Assembly (NCBI GenBank): GCA_052327205.1
Contig: CM126213.1
Location: 25,172,001 to 25,236,000, forward strand
Direction: 5' to 3'
Source: Somniosus microcephalus
Taxonomy: Eukaryota
DNA: 64,000 nt
Shown here: piece after piece, positions 12,233-24,724 of the stretch
How positions within the stretch are numbered: the stretch's first letter is position 1
How the letters are laid out: each line of letters begins with the position of its first letter
Notes under the pieces: model-generated
The model's database searches: none
What the model was told of the DNA's origin: nothing
What the model saw: only the letters and a program-made list of their open reading frames with translations
Translations under genes and position numbers: made by a program

Positions 12233-13104
12233 ATCAAAATACTGTGGAGCTGGATTTGATCCTTTTTCTGTTTCCAAAAGGTTCCTTATATTATCGTATC
12301 GGGATGAAATACAAGTCAATGGCAGAAAGATAGGAACAGGAATAGGCCATTCAGACCCTCGCGCCTGTGATCAAGTACTTATGATACAGAAAGGGAGGAA
12401 AAGTTGGCTTTTGCTACCCGTGAGCACCAGCTAAAGTACTTTTCCATTGTGTTAAGGGATCTGTTTTTAAGAGAACAGCCTCCATTTGATGGCTGTTGTG
12501 CTTTTACACTCTTAGGCATCAGTCTCTAGGTATTCTGGGCTCCACTATAATCCAGAGAGCAAGCACAGGCTCCCTGGATTTACATGAAGCTGTAGCCCAT
12601 GGTAGATTCTTGGACTCAGTTTTGTGGCTAGATGTGTGATGTCACCCTGTCTGTGTTCTGAACTTGGGTTGTTTACACTGTGGAATGCAGGGGGATTTAG
12701 GGCGATCTACATTGTCTACTGTTGCCTCTATTCCTCCACGGTAAGCGTGCCATGAGAGACGCTTGTAGAGGTCTTGGGGGAGCTCACCTACCTCCTTGAC
12801 TAGGGCGTGGCACTGAATGGGCTTAATGAGAGGGGTTCTATTTTCAGACTTCCCTCGTACTGCTCAGTGTCAGGATTCAGTGAAGCTGCAACACCATCGA
12901 ATTGGCATAACCTGCAACAACAGCATCACCGAGACCTGTTGACATTGGGAATTCTCATGTTAAATGTTGAGATAAAAAGCATAATGAGAAAATACAATTT
13001 GTGGGCATGAAATGCATTTGCCCACAAGTTATTAAATATCTGATATATTTACTGCTTTAAATTCAAAGAGCTCTTTTAGACCGGGCTGAAAATGGTCAAG
13101 TTAG

Positions 13105-13485
<381 letters not shown>

Positions 13486-13599
13486 TGAGTGTCTGCCTCC
13501 TAGCTAGCTGGTTGTTAGTTTATATTGAGGAACTGCTTCTCTTTACATTTCTTAGGCAATCTAACTTTTGCCATTTTTCAAGACTTAAACTGAGCTTTT

Positions 13600-13729
13600 T
13601 ACAGTGACTTCCCCCCACCCCCATCTTCAAAATACCGCGCATGTGCAGTTTTTCCCTAATTTAAAAGCCGGTGAGCCTGCACGGGAGCTGCGGCGCGCCG
13701 CACGGCCGTGCAACTTAAAGGAAACATTG
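13600..13729. mobile_element. hAT-type MITE (partial; same family as 20500-20670 and 40887-41039)
   Basis: Shared core gcatgtgcagtt...aaaagccggtgagc...ggccgtgcaacttaaaggaaacattg; the right end is the inverted repeat of CAATGTTCC. Confidence 0.65.
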
Positions 13730-14981
13730 ATCCACTGCACTATTAATGATTGACCGGTCAGCCTGGCTGAACTCCATTAGAGGTAAACCTGTCAGTAGGG
13801 CTTGAACCTGTTCCACTCAATCCCAAATAACTGCAGTCCAGTGCCCTAGCTCCTGATGTAAGCAGCATGCTGCTTATTCCAAACACTCTGTTGGTAGACT
13901 GCATGGTTTTGGTTGGTTAAACGCCCAACAGTATCCCCGCATGCACTTGGGTCCCTAAGCCTTGGCTCTGCTAAACAGGCACTGCGCTGTCTGGATTGGA
14001 CAAGTGGAATGTCTCCCAATGGGATGAGGAGTGGGTAAAGAGCTGTTTACTCTGCATCAGGCAGGCAAACCATCTGCACGGATTTCACAATACCTTGGCT
14101 TGGATACTCTTAAAATGTGGTGGTGGGTTAATGTTTATGTCGAGCATCCAGCTAACCACAAAATAATGGACACTGAGGGCATTTGAAGCCCTGGCTTAGA
14201 TCTTCTAACTCAGCAAAAAAAAAAACAAGGATCAAAAAGACATCCAAATTTTTAAAACTACATATTGTAAAAATGTATAAACACGAGACTCCTTTTAATA
14301 GAGCTGTGGTTACCAGCAGATGGTGTTTTTGGATGCAGGGTGTTGGTGCTCAACATCTCCACCTCCTGGTAATTATCGGTAACACTACTGCCGCTAAATT
14401 GCCTTTTAATTTTAACTATGTTCAGGAATCCAAAACTAAGCACCTAACTTCAAAACCTTAATTCACGTGTAGATTGCAACTTTGGTTATCTGGCTAAATT
14501 CACCGTACTACTTTCAGTCACAGATCAGTGAGATCACTTAAAATGGTTGTCTTTGGAATCACTGCACGCCAAGTGATGTGTGAAGCACTTGAGATGTTTC
14601 AACAGTGATAACTGCAATGTTGACATTAATGGAAGCTTGAGATGCTCGGTAAATGCAGTCCAGTTCACAAAAATAAAAACCGGTTTAATTTTGCATGCGA
14701 TCTGAAGTTGCTGACCATGTCTTGCACTCGAATGTATCTTAATTAAGGTCATTGGAGCAAAACTGCTGCAGCTGATGGTGTTGAGGCACAAAGCTTGCAA
14801 TACAAAATGGCAGTAAATTGCATCATTTGTAATATTTGCAATACATTTAGACATGTGAAAATCACAGCTACAGTATATTAGGGATTGCCAGTAGATTTTC
14901 AGTGGATATCATCTGATATATGACAGAGATAATATACTTGACTTTGAGAATGAAAGCAGTATTGCTGTATTATTTTTTAAT

Positions 14982-15729
14982 GGGCCAGTAATTCCTGTCC
15001 CAACGTGTGAGTACGGTCGGGGTACTCGCGCGTCTGGCCGGAGGAAATGCCGGTTTTCAGCATGCACAGCGCATGCGGGGAAAACCGGCATTTCCTGCCC
15101 TCTGAACGAAGGGGTTCAGAGGCAGAACGCGCGCGACTGCACAGGCAGCGCGTGCGCATTAAAATTCCTTTTTTTTTTTCCAAAGTTGCGCGCGTGTAAA
15201 GACCTCCGGTCTTTACGCGTGGAAAAACAAGACATAAGTATTTAGTTTTTCAGGTAAGTGGGCTTTTAGTACAATGTAGAATTTTTTTTTCCACAAGTTT
15301 GTTATTTTTAAAGAATTTACAGGATGGTAAGTTTAGTTTTAGACCCTATTTTTTAAAAACTTATTTTTTTCAAAAAATTGATTAATTGTTTAAAACATTT
15401 TTAAAAACTTATTTATAGTTATTATAATCAGTGGGATGTTTTTTTTAATTTTATTTAAAGTTAAAGTAGTGTTTTGGCAGCCCATACTTTTCATGAGTTT
15501 GACAGCTCTTACTGTCAAACTCATGAATGAGTTTCCCCTCCCCTGATTGGCTGCACAGTGCTCACCTGATCCCAGCCGGCACATCGCACTAACTCCGCCG
15601 CTGGATCAGGTAAGCGCATCGCGCCGACATCTGAACCGGGCCAGTGACAGGAAATGCGAGCAGGCCCAGGCTTCAGATGTCGGCGCGCAGGGCGAGTGCA
15701 CATCGGGGGCTTGCACGTGTGGCAAGCCC
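14982..15729. mobile_element. Non-autonomous multi-hairpin DNA element, PIF/Harbinger-like (copy A)
   Basis: Starts GGGCC after AAT, ends GCCC before ATT; GC/CpG-rich arms around an AT-rich core; perfect internal stems at 15042-15096, 15196-15216 and 15490-15527. Confidence 0.6.
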
Positions 15730-16246
15730 ATTATCTTGTAAATAAGCCTTTGCCCAAATTTATTCTACTAACTTTTACGGTCTTGTGACTGCCTTAACGT
15801 GAAAGGGGAAAATAAATTTAATATCCAGACTTCTCTGAATGTAGTCCAACTTTCCGTTTCTAAATTGTGTTGTACAGTAAAGCTAAGCTTGAACCATGTC
15901 CCAACACCAGCCCACGCAACTCTTTACTGTAACTTCCCCGCCCGATCGCCTGTGAACATTGAGGCGTTTGGATAGAAGTGCTATGTTGGTGTCGTTTGTT
16001 GAACCCACCAGGAGAGATCACAGCGATCCACGGTACAGATCATCCAATGCAGCTAAAATGCCTCTTAGGGTTGAAATCTAATTCTGTTTATTAAGTGTGT
16101 ATCTTGCTTTATCTCAATGATTAAATAGAGTGCAAAGCGGTGTGCTTTGACATTGTGTTGTGTACAAAAATCTACCTGCATATTCTACACAAGTAGTTTT
16201 GTGAGATCAAGGCTTTCCGTCCCATATGTTACACCAGAGAGTTATT

Positions 16247-17185
16247 GGGCCATAATTTGCGACCCCTACGGGTGCGTACAAGGTGCCTGTAAGGGCCATG
16301 CAAGTTCAGGGTTTAAGCATGCAAAGTGCACACGCGAAAACCCCGGAACCTGCGATCTGTCAAGAATTCCCTCGACAGATCATCCACATCCCCGGGAAAA
16401 GGGCCTCCGCTATTTGCCCAACTTCTGCCCAGCGAATACCCATGAAATTCTTACGCCTGGTAAAAGCAGGCGTAAGGCCTGCTTTTACCAGCGCAAGAGT
16501 TTAAAAAAATAGAAAAATAAAATGTTATCACTCATTTATACATTAAAACCCTGTCCAATAAGTTAAGTTTATTTTTAGCCCCATTAAAACATATACTTTT
16601 TTCCCCCAAAAATTAAATTTTTGTTTAAAATATTTAATTAAATGTCATTTAAATTTTAAATATATAATTTTTAAAATTTATTTCACGTGTTCGTGTATTT
16701 AAGTGATCCCCATTCATACTTATGGGAGTTCCGTACATATGGAATCCCCATAAGTATGAATGGGGATTCCCCTTCTTTCATTGGTTGGGCCGGCCCACGT
16801 GATCTATGAGGCGCTTGCGAACAGTGTGCGCCCCCGGGATACGTGGACTGGTACCCGGAGAGGCCCAGGAGCGCGGATCTACGAACCTCCATGCTTCCAG
16901 ATGAGTACCTAGGGGTGAGGGAGTCGGAACATGAATAGTCAAGAGGAAAGAACCAAGCATGGACCACTGGATCATTGGAGGTGGCAGAGAAGCCATTGGA
17001 GGAGACACCTACATTGCAATACGAGTGGAACCAGAAGAAAGCAGAAATGGACTGTAGAGGGGAGATATTAGAAGAGGATGCAAGGTGAAGGGGTCCAGGA
17101 ATGTGCAGAGAGAGAACTGTGGTAGTGCAGTCGAGCTGGTGCAGATGATCCACAATCCGCCCAGATGTCACGAAGATATGCACCC
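16247..17185. mobile_element. Non-autonomous multi-hairpin DNA element, PIF/Harbinger-like (copy B)
   Basis: ATT on both flanks (16244-16246, 17186-17188); starts GGGCCATAATTTGCGAC with a degenerate inverted right end; perfect stems at 16458-16490 and 16706-16767. Confidence 0.6.
16911..17145 (-). mobile_element. Degenerate L2-like reverse-transcriptase fragment inside element B
   Basis: ORF 16683..17183 (-) contains AFFWFHSY...SSNGFS, resembling the L2 RT segment upstream of GVPQGS. Confidence 0.45.
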
Positions 17186-18018
17186 ATTATAAGGACCAAA
17201 CCAGTGCACAAGCAATAGGAGTGTTTCCACTTCTCACGTTTGTGAATTTAGTTTCTAACGCTGAAGAGCCAAGCCAATTTCATGTTTGTTGAGCCATCCG
17301 CTGTCTCAACTAATCTGTACTTGGCCAGGTACACCGTAAATGCCTACTGGGCATACTGATGGAAACTATGTGAGCAGTCTCACGATGAATGTTGGTAAAT
17401 GGTGTGGGTTTATTGGTGCTTTTCTGAAACTGAGAGATAAGGTCATCATTGAGAGTAGTTAAGGGGTGTGGGTGGAAATTGTTCCATATCATTCTGTGAA
17501 TACACCTAGCCTGAGCGAACTTTATGGTTACGCCATCCCTTCTCTTGAACAGTCATCCTGTGGTTTCGTAACCTTAAGGGCAATAAAAATTAAAACTACA
17601 ATGCCTGGGCTGCAGACACACGTTCTTCGGTTATGAAGCTTAAAAAAAAAAAAAAAAATTGGTTTAAATGATACCCAAAATAAGCAGCTCATAAAACCAC
17701 TTGAATGTATATCTATGTTTATCTTGAACTTTAATTGGTTCTTAATAAGGTCTCCAGACTGTCAGCGATACTTCGAACCCTTGATAGTAAGTTAAATTCT
17801 AAGGTCAGGCATGCTGTACACGGTACTGAGTAAAGCAGGCTTCAGTGCAGTTTCTGAGAATTCGATTTAGAAGTAATTGCACACTGGTACTTGTATAAAC
17901 ACACACACCTTTTGGAGAAAGCAATAGCTAAGTTTACAAGATACCAGCCATTTATTGATTTTGATCTTTTATAATCTAGCGCGAAACAGCTCAACAAATA
18001 TTTGTGTCTGCATTGCAG

Positions 18019-18145
18019 GAGCTCATAGACTACCTTCGCTCGCATTCTCACAGTACAGTCTATGCTACCTCAATGTCTGCACCTGTTGTAGAGCAAATCA
18101 TCGCCTCCATGAAATGCATCATGGGAGAAGATGGCACGAAGCTTG
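18019..18145 (+). CDS. SPTLC2: SPTLC2 internal coding exon (127 nt; [42 protein letters not shown](G))
   Basis: ttgcAG acceptor ending 18018, GTAAGT donor at 18146; phase 0 to phase 1. Confidence 0.95.
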
Positions 18146-20499
18146 GTAAGTCCCTTTCTGCAGCAGTAGAAGATGCAGCTTTGGTCTGGGGAGGCGAGTA
18201 ATGGTAAATGTCGATATCTTGGTATGGGGAACCCTTCAGTGGAGTAACCGTTGTGAATCTCGGCCAACAGTCATATTTATCACAATGAAATAGAGTGCAT
18301 GTTGGGTGAAAGGTAACAAATTGTATTGGTCAGACGTGTATACTATTTTGGTTAGACTGTGCGTTGGTGTCATTCTCTTATGTTTAGGTGTGGTGGGCCT
18401 ACTATACCAGAGAATCTAATAATTGAGTCGCATAGGTTGTTTGCTAATGGTGGAGCCAGTATTTGTCTATCTCTGGTTATAGCACGGTACAGGTGGCAAG
18501 GTGTGGCACCCACTCGGTGTGCACAGCAGTATGTTGTTGATGTGTCGACGTCCTTTGTGTCTTGGATACTGTAGCCTCTGGTTTTGCAGTACTTCACAGT
18601 GAAACCTTTCAGTGTCGGGTACATGTGATGCATCAACATCCAGAGTTACTATTGAAAGGAGTGTTCAGGTTGCTTGTGTGGTCAAGTTATGCTGGCTTTG
18701 TGATCTTAAAATAAAAAAAGGAATGGCCTGGACTATGGTCAGTCAGTTTTCGGGATTCTGTTTGTACTTTCCATTTATAATATCTCCCCCTCTCCGTCAG
18801 ACTGCAGTTCCTAGGCAGTCCCTTGTGCTGTCGTCAACGCTGGGTCAAAGTCCTGGAACTCCCTCCCTAACAGTACTATGGGAGTACCTTCACCTCGTGG
18901 ACTGCATTGGTTCAAGAAGACAACTACCCCACCACTGTCTCAAGGGCAATTAGGGATGAGCAATAAATACTGGCCTTCCCAGCAACACCCACATCCTGTG
19001 ACTGAATTTTTAAAAAGTCACCACCATTGTTCTGCTAAGTGACAAATATGTGTTTCATATGCAGTGGAACTGCTGCTGGTATCGTAGGATCTGGTGTATC
19101 TATGGCAACCCAGGTTTGAGCTCACCAATGAGTGAATTGTGGGATGTATTTTATAGTTTTACATTGTCTGCTGGTGTTTTGAAGTAAGTTCACGAATATT
19201 TTAATTGTTCTCTATTCAAATGTTTGTTGTACACAATTCCGACATTTCAATGTAACATGCAGGCTTTAGAATTGGGTACTGTAAGTATGTCTGCAGTGGA
19301 ACCTGCTTCTAGTGATGCTCCTTTTCTGGCAAATTCCAATAAGGACATAAGAAATAGGAGCAGGAGTGGGCCTTACGGCCCCTCGAGCCTGGCCATTCAG
19401 TAACCTCAACTGCACGTTCCCGCCCTGTCCCTTGATTCCCATAGTGCCCCAAAAAAAGCTAAAACTGCCCCAATTCTCTGTTACCTGGACACTCACTCCT
19501 GTTGAAATGAAAACGCAGCAGCTGGCGTTTGGTTCACAAGCAGACAGCGAATGCACTTCAGGTAACCAGGAGTCAATGTTGCCCGGTCATGGAGCAGTGA
19601 ATCTGCAGCTAGTTTGTGTTTACTGACCAAACCTCCTCAATTGCTTGTTTGGAAAAGGATGCACTTCAATCCAGTTTGGGTACAGGAGGTGGTTAATGCC
19701 AGGATCGCGGACTGTTTTTATTGTATGTGATTAGGTTCACGTCCGGACCTTGCATTCTTCAACCACATACTACTTGGATTCAGGACAGTCTCTGACTTGT
19801 GTCAAGAACAATCATTTCAAGCTGAAAGTTACTGTTACTGACCAATTTGTGCATTAGAGAAAGAGAAACCTGAAAGTCTGAAGTAGAATCGGAAAATGCT
19901 GTAAATGAAGAGCAGGTCAATTAGCATTTGAATTAAGTAAGATTAAAGTTTTGCGTGGTAACCTTACTTTCCAGATGCTGAGCAGCCCTACTATGTATTT
20001 CCAGATTTTTTTTATTGTACTAGTGATGGTATGTTGTCGATTCTTTTCTTGGGAGTTGAGATTTTTCCTCCTATTGTGGCTTCAGAGTGGTGCCCATAAG
20101 TCTACTCTGTAAATTACTGGTTTCAATATTACAATATCCTAATGTTTGAAGGTTAAAACTAAAGCAGTCAGATTGCGGTGGAGGAGTGGAACGGACTATG
20201 TTTATTCTAATGGCTTCTGCTGTTGCTGAAACATCTTGTGGAATGTGCTTTCAGCATACAGCCTTCCCTGAGCCAGCTGTACACCTCCGTGCACCTTTCT
20301 CTGTCCCCTGTGTTGAGTCTGGGTACTTCCACCCAGGTTATAAATTGAGCCTGAATTGCCTTGCCAACTCTCCCTTACTTCAAAAACCCCTCTGACTGTG
20401 GTTTCAATTACCCTTCCTCTCTATGAAGTGCTCAGAGGGGTTCTACATAAGATGGTTTTTTTCTAAATAGCAAAATTCAGGAGGCATGAATCAACCAGG

Positions 20500-20670
20500 A
20501 TTGTCGCCAGTCGTTCTCTTTCTCCCCCCCCCCCCCCCCCCCCAATCTTTTAGTGCGTGGCCCATTCAAATTTTCGTGCATGCACGGTTTCTTCCTTGTA
20601 GAAAGCAGTGAGCGGCCTGCGCAGGACCTCCAGACCACTGCATGGCCGTGCAGCTTAGCAGGAAAGTTTG
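20500..20670. mobile_element. hAT-type MITE (degenerate copy)
   Basis: gcccattcaaattttcgtgcatgcacgg...gtgagcggcctgcgcaggacctccag...ggccgtgcagcttag, homologous to 40887-41039. Confidence 0.6.
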
Positions 20671-21734
20671 GTTGTCGCTGCTCTGAATATTGTTCTTTCC
20701 ACATCTCCTTCTTTCTTACGATTGTGTGTGGAACTCCTTGCGTCCTCGGTCTTTCCTTCTCCCTGCAATCTACCGGTTTTTAAAAATGCAAGTATGTCAT
20801 TGCCTGATGGCTGCTTCCTGATTTAGCTAACCTCCCTGTTACTTTGTTCAACGTTGGTGTCTGCACTACGGCTCGTGCCTTTCATCCAAACACTGGTGCT
20901 TGTTTAGGTCGGATTCCAGGAGCCAGCTCCCTCATTTATACTAGACCCAGCTTCCTGATCCCGGAGACGGAATGGAGATGTTTGTGGATCTATAAATTCT
21001 GTTGCAGTAACTGTGGAGCAGATTGTGGTGGTGTCGATGCCAAGAGGTGGCTCGCTGACGCCAATTTCCCACAATCTGGCCTGAACAAGGGCCAGTACGA
21101 AATGCAAACAAGAAAAAGCTCATTCAGAAAATTATCAAAAGATCAGTTTTCTATCGATGACATTGTGTTTCTTTTCTTGCTCCCTCCTCACCAACTCCGT
21201 TCGCTTGCTACCCGTCGCCCTGTGAAGGGCCGAGACGTCTCTTTGTACATTTAAAAAGTCCTATAGAAATGTTGATTTAAATTTGGAAAAGACATTTTAT
21301 CCTTTAATTATGATTTGTGTGCACGGTACAAATAGGAAATGATTTGGTATTTGAGGAGCTTGTGTGGTTGGATGCATTTGTTTTAATCTTGTTCTAAGGT
21401 TACAGTTGAATTGTCTGCTTTTTAAAAAGGTTTAACCTGGTTAGTTAACTTAGCCGCAGCTAAATGGAAAGGAAGTACATCAAAGGCCATGCTTTGTGCT
21501 AAGTTAGCCATTTATTGCATGCTGGACAATCTAGTGGAGCAGTGTAGTGGAAAGGGGGGGCGGGGTGGAAATGACCTTGTCGACATTTTCTTTACTTGAA
21601 ACCTGCTTTTTTTAACTGTATTGAGGAACAAATTCCACTAGCAAGTCGCTGCAGCTTTAACTATTGGTATCTCTTCCAGGTTACCTGCAGTGTAGACTTA
21701 AATTGGCTGATAGGGGAGTGGAAACACCATCTTG

Positions 21735-21748
21735 CCACCAGGTGGTGC
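21735..21748 (+). promoter_or_regulatory. Candidate CTCF-binding site
   Basis: CCACCAGGTGGTGC matches 13/14 positions of the CCASYAGRKGGCRS consensus; motif match only. Confidence 0.3.
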
Positions 21749-23215
21749 TGCACGTGTTTAAGAGCTCCAATGTAGGAGTATTTTCTCGAGTGGCAGCTAT
21801 CCTGTGTGGAGTAAATTTCCCGGCGTCACTTTTCACCTTGTCCCCTACATCTCCTTCCTGCCCTCTACCTCTCCCAGTAATAGTTTGCGGTTTTAAATGT
21901 TTAATCTGACTGTGACGGTTCAGAATCTGTGTTTGAAGCACCACAGCAGGAATCTCTGTGCAGTTATAGAGGGAAAGTATCTTAAGGTTTGTAAAGCTTA
22001 AATGTTAATTTTGGTGTTTCTCTGAACAGATTGGGTATTGGTGTTAAAAAAAATATATATATAATTGAGATTGTTTAATTTTTAAAACACAATTATCCAG
22101 AGGCAGGGAGATACTGGGGACAGAAATCACGAAGTATTTAGTGACTATCTGGGACTGGAAGGTGAGGTGCAGTACAGTTCAGAGTGACAAAGTTTGCCCT
22201 GCTCGAGCCCAACCTTGGAGCATTCCTATTGCATGTATGTGGCATTCCATTTCTCTCAGCCATCCTCCGTCCTTCTGATTTCTGAGTCCGCTTATTACCA
22301 GTTTGTGCTGAATTCAAGCCAGGTCTATGCATGCTAACAACCCATTTGAGACTGCCTAGATCACTTCACACAGGGCCCTTTCAGAGAGAGACTTGTTCCA
22401 TCGTTCTGGGTGGCTTTAAACCCAGCTCCTGGAGGTGCGTGTGTGAGCATTTGTCTTGGGTAATGCAAACTGAAATGTTGCTGTTCCTGCTTATGGCTAT
22501 TTTAAATGTGCCACAAAGCTTACTGTCCTTCAGCTAGTTTGTTCCTACCACCCCCAACATGCCTGTGAGCTGTGCAATTGTGTCGCTATCTGAATGGTGA
22601 AAGAGCTGTGCACTTAACTTTTTTTATTGTAGCTTTGTGTGAGAAACTCAGTCTTAACCTTTTCATGTGTGTCCACGACAAATTCCTTCATCTGCCATCT
22701 TTTCTTCTTCTGTCTTCTCCTTTCCCCCCCCTCGACCCCACAGTACATCATGCCATCCCTGAACGAGGGCAGGGGGAGCTGTCAGCCTACAGCCAGGCTT
22801 CTGCCAGTGCAGCTACTTGTTCGGAAGGATGGTAGTTCACTTTCTGACCAGCTGCATGCAGGTATCCTCCGTGATGCCTCTAAATGCAGTTCGTTAGGTG
22901 CATCAGTCAAGTAAGTATCTTGCCATGATTCACTTGGTAGGGATGCTCATGGGCATCTAATTTGGTGTGACATGCTTGCTGACGTGGTGGAAAATATCTC
23001 TCTTCTAATCAACATTGCCCTGTTATTGGTAATCAAGTTTGCTTTCCAAGTCATTCAAACACTGTTAAGATAAATCTGTGGTATTCCAATGAATACACAG
23101 CAGCACCTGGTCATTCTAGCCAGCTTCCATTCAATGACCAGATAACTGAAGCAGATTGAAAGAATTAAAATGCAGTCTGCTTTTGAAAAAGGACTAGTTA
23201 TAGCGTATTAGCACA

Positions 23216-23394
23216 CCAATGTGTAGTGCAGTGATGGGACACAAGGTCATCACTTCACAGCAGTGAGCTCGTGATCAAAAAGCTTTATAAAGGGAGGGGC
23301 AAAATGGCACTCTGAAGGAGGAAGAATTTGGTGCGTTTGCCTTACGGGAAAATGCTCATTCCAGAGGCAGAGGCTCGCACCCAAAAAGGTGAGT
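23216..23394 (+). promoter_or_regulatory. Candidate internal promoter and alternative first exon
   Basis: CCAAT 23216-23220, CAAGGTCA 23242-23249, TATAAAG 23286-23292, ATG 23352 with A at -3, AG|GTGAGT donor after 23388 in phase 1. Confidence 0.3.
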
Positions 23395-24611
23395 TCACTT
23401 GTGCACCAGTGGCAGCAGCGCTGTGGCTGCAATGCAAGCGTGAACTGTGAACAGGCTGAGCATTTGGATTGCCGTTCAGCCCCTTGATGTAGATTCCTGG
23501 TTGCCTTCCTGTACCAGTCTTTCCCATCCATTAGGGAAGGGCTGGTGGCAATAACACTTGCAAATGGCAAGTTCCAGGTGTGAATGCTCAAACTTCACTT
23601 GCAGTTGTTGCTTTGGTATTTAGACCTGCAGTGTCGGCGGCGGAGGGGGGTGTTTCTAGAGCACTGGTAGTCTACAGTATTACAGAATCGCTGCTGCTTG
23701 AAGAAATTCTGGGGTATAAACACAGGAGGACACTGCCTTGCACACCACCTCAGTGGATTATCAATTGGTATTAGCAGACAGCATGGATTTGCACCTTTAG
23801 TTTGCTGTGGGGGTTGTCAAGAGTGACCAAGAGGCTTTTTTTGCTTAAATCTGCCCCTCCTGGAGAAAGAATTGGCCTCTGCTCGGCATGTACAGGAAAT
23901 TGCAGCTGTAGCGTTTATTCTCCTCTTTCGTTTTAGACATGGTTTCTTGCAGCATTTAATGTACTATAGTTCCTCATGTTCCAGTTGGAAGTATTCAGTA
24001 TGTAGAGCATGCCTGGAAATGATGCACATTGGAACAACTGTGCTTTTTGAAAAAGAGAAATCGGAGGGGCTCTCCTTGGGGACTAATTTTTCCAAGACGC
24101 CAAGTGCAAGTCCAAAAAAACTTCATTGACACCACTCGCAAAAACAGCTCCTAACTTTGATCAATCAGGATTCCCTGTGGCCTTGGCTTCTTTTAATGTA
24201 CAGCCATCTTGACAAAAGTAGATGATTCTCTCTCGTGCTATGTCAATATCTATCTCTCTATTATATATAAAAATATCCCCATCTCTAAAATGTTTTAATA
24301 GAAAATTGCATAAACTATCCAAACATGGGAATTATTTGTGGGTGATTATTTTTCCACCTAATATGTGATCTATGATCTTTCTGTGTGGTGTGATTGTTGT
24401 AAACTTTTCATTCCATATACTATAAACATGAATGAAGTTAAAAGGCTCGACTTCTTGTGTTGGGGCGGGGGAAGAGCTAATTTGTCTGCCATCCCAAATC
24501 AGCAAGGAATTAAAGAAACGTTTAATTGGATTTATTAAGTGCATGAACATATGCAGGATTTGATGTAATTATACCCCAGTTCTAAACCCTTCACAATGGC
24601 CAGTTCACACT

Positions 24612-24724
24612 AAAACGTTTTCTTTCCAGTTTTGAAGAAGGGTCCAACCTGAAACGTCAACTCAAATTTCTCTCCACGGATGTTGCCTGACCTGCTGAGT
24701 TTTTCCAGCATTTTCTGTTGTTAT
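24612..24724 (+). mobile_element. Short Penelope-like retroposed unit with minimal hammerhead-ribozyme-like motif
   Basis: 13-bp direct repeat GCCAGTTCACACT at 24599-24611 and 24725-24737; core agtt-TTGAAGA-agggtccaacct-GAAAC-GTC-aact at 24628-24662. Confidence 0.7.

Noticed and set aside
12995-13030. 9-bp hairpin TTGTGGGCA/TGCCCACAA upstream of an exon
   Set aside because: Short, with no supporting termini or second copy; compatible with chance.
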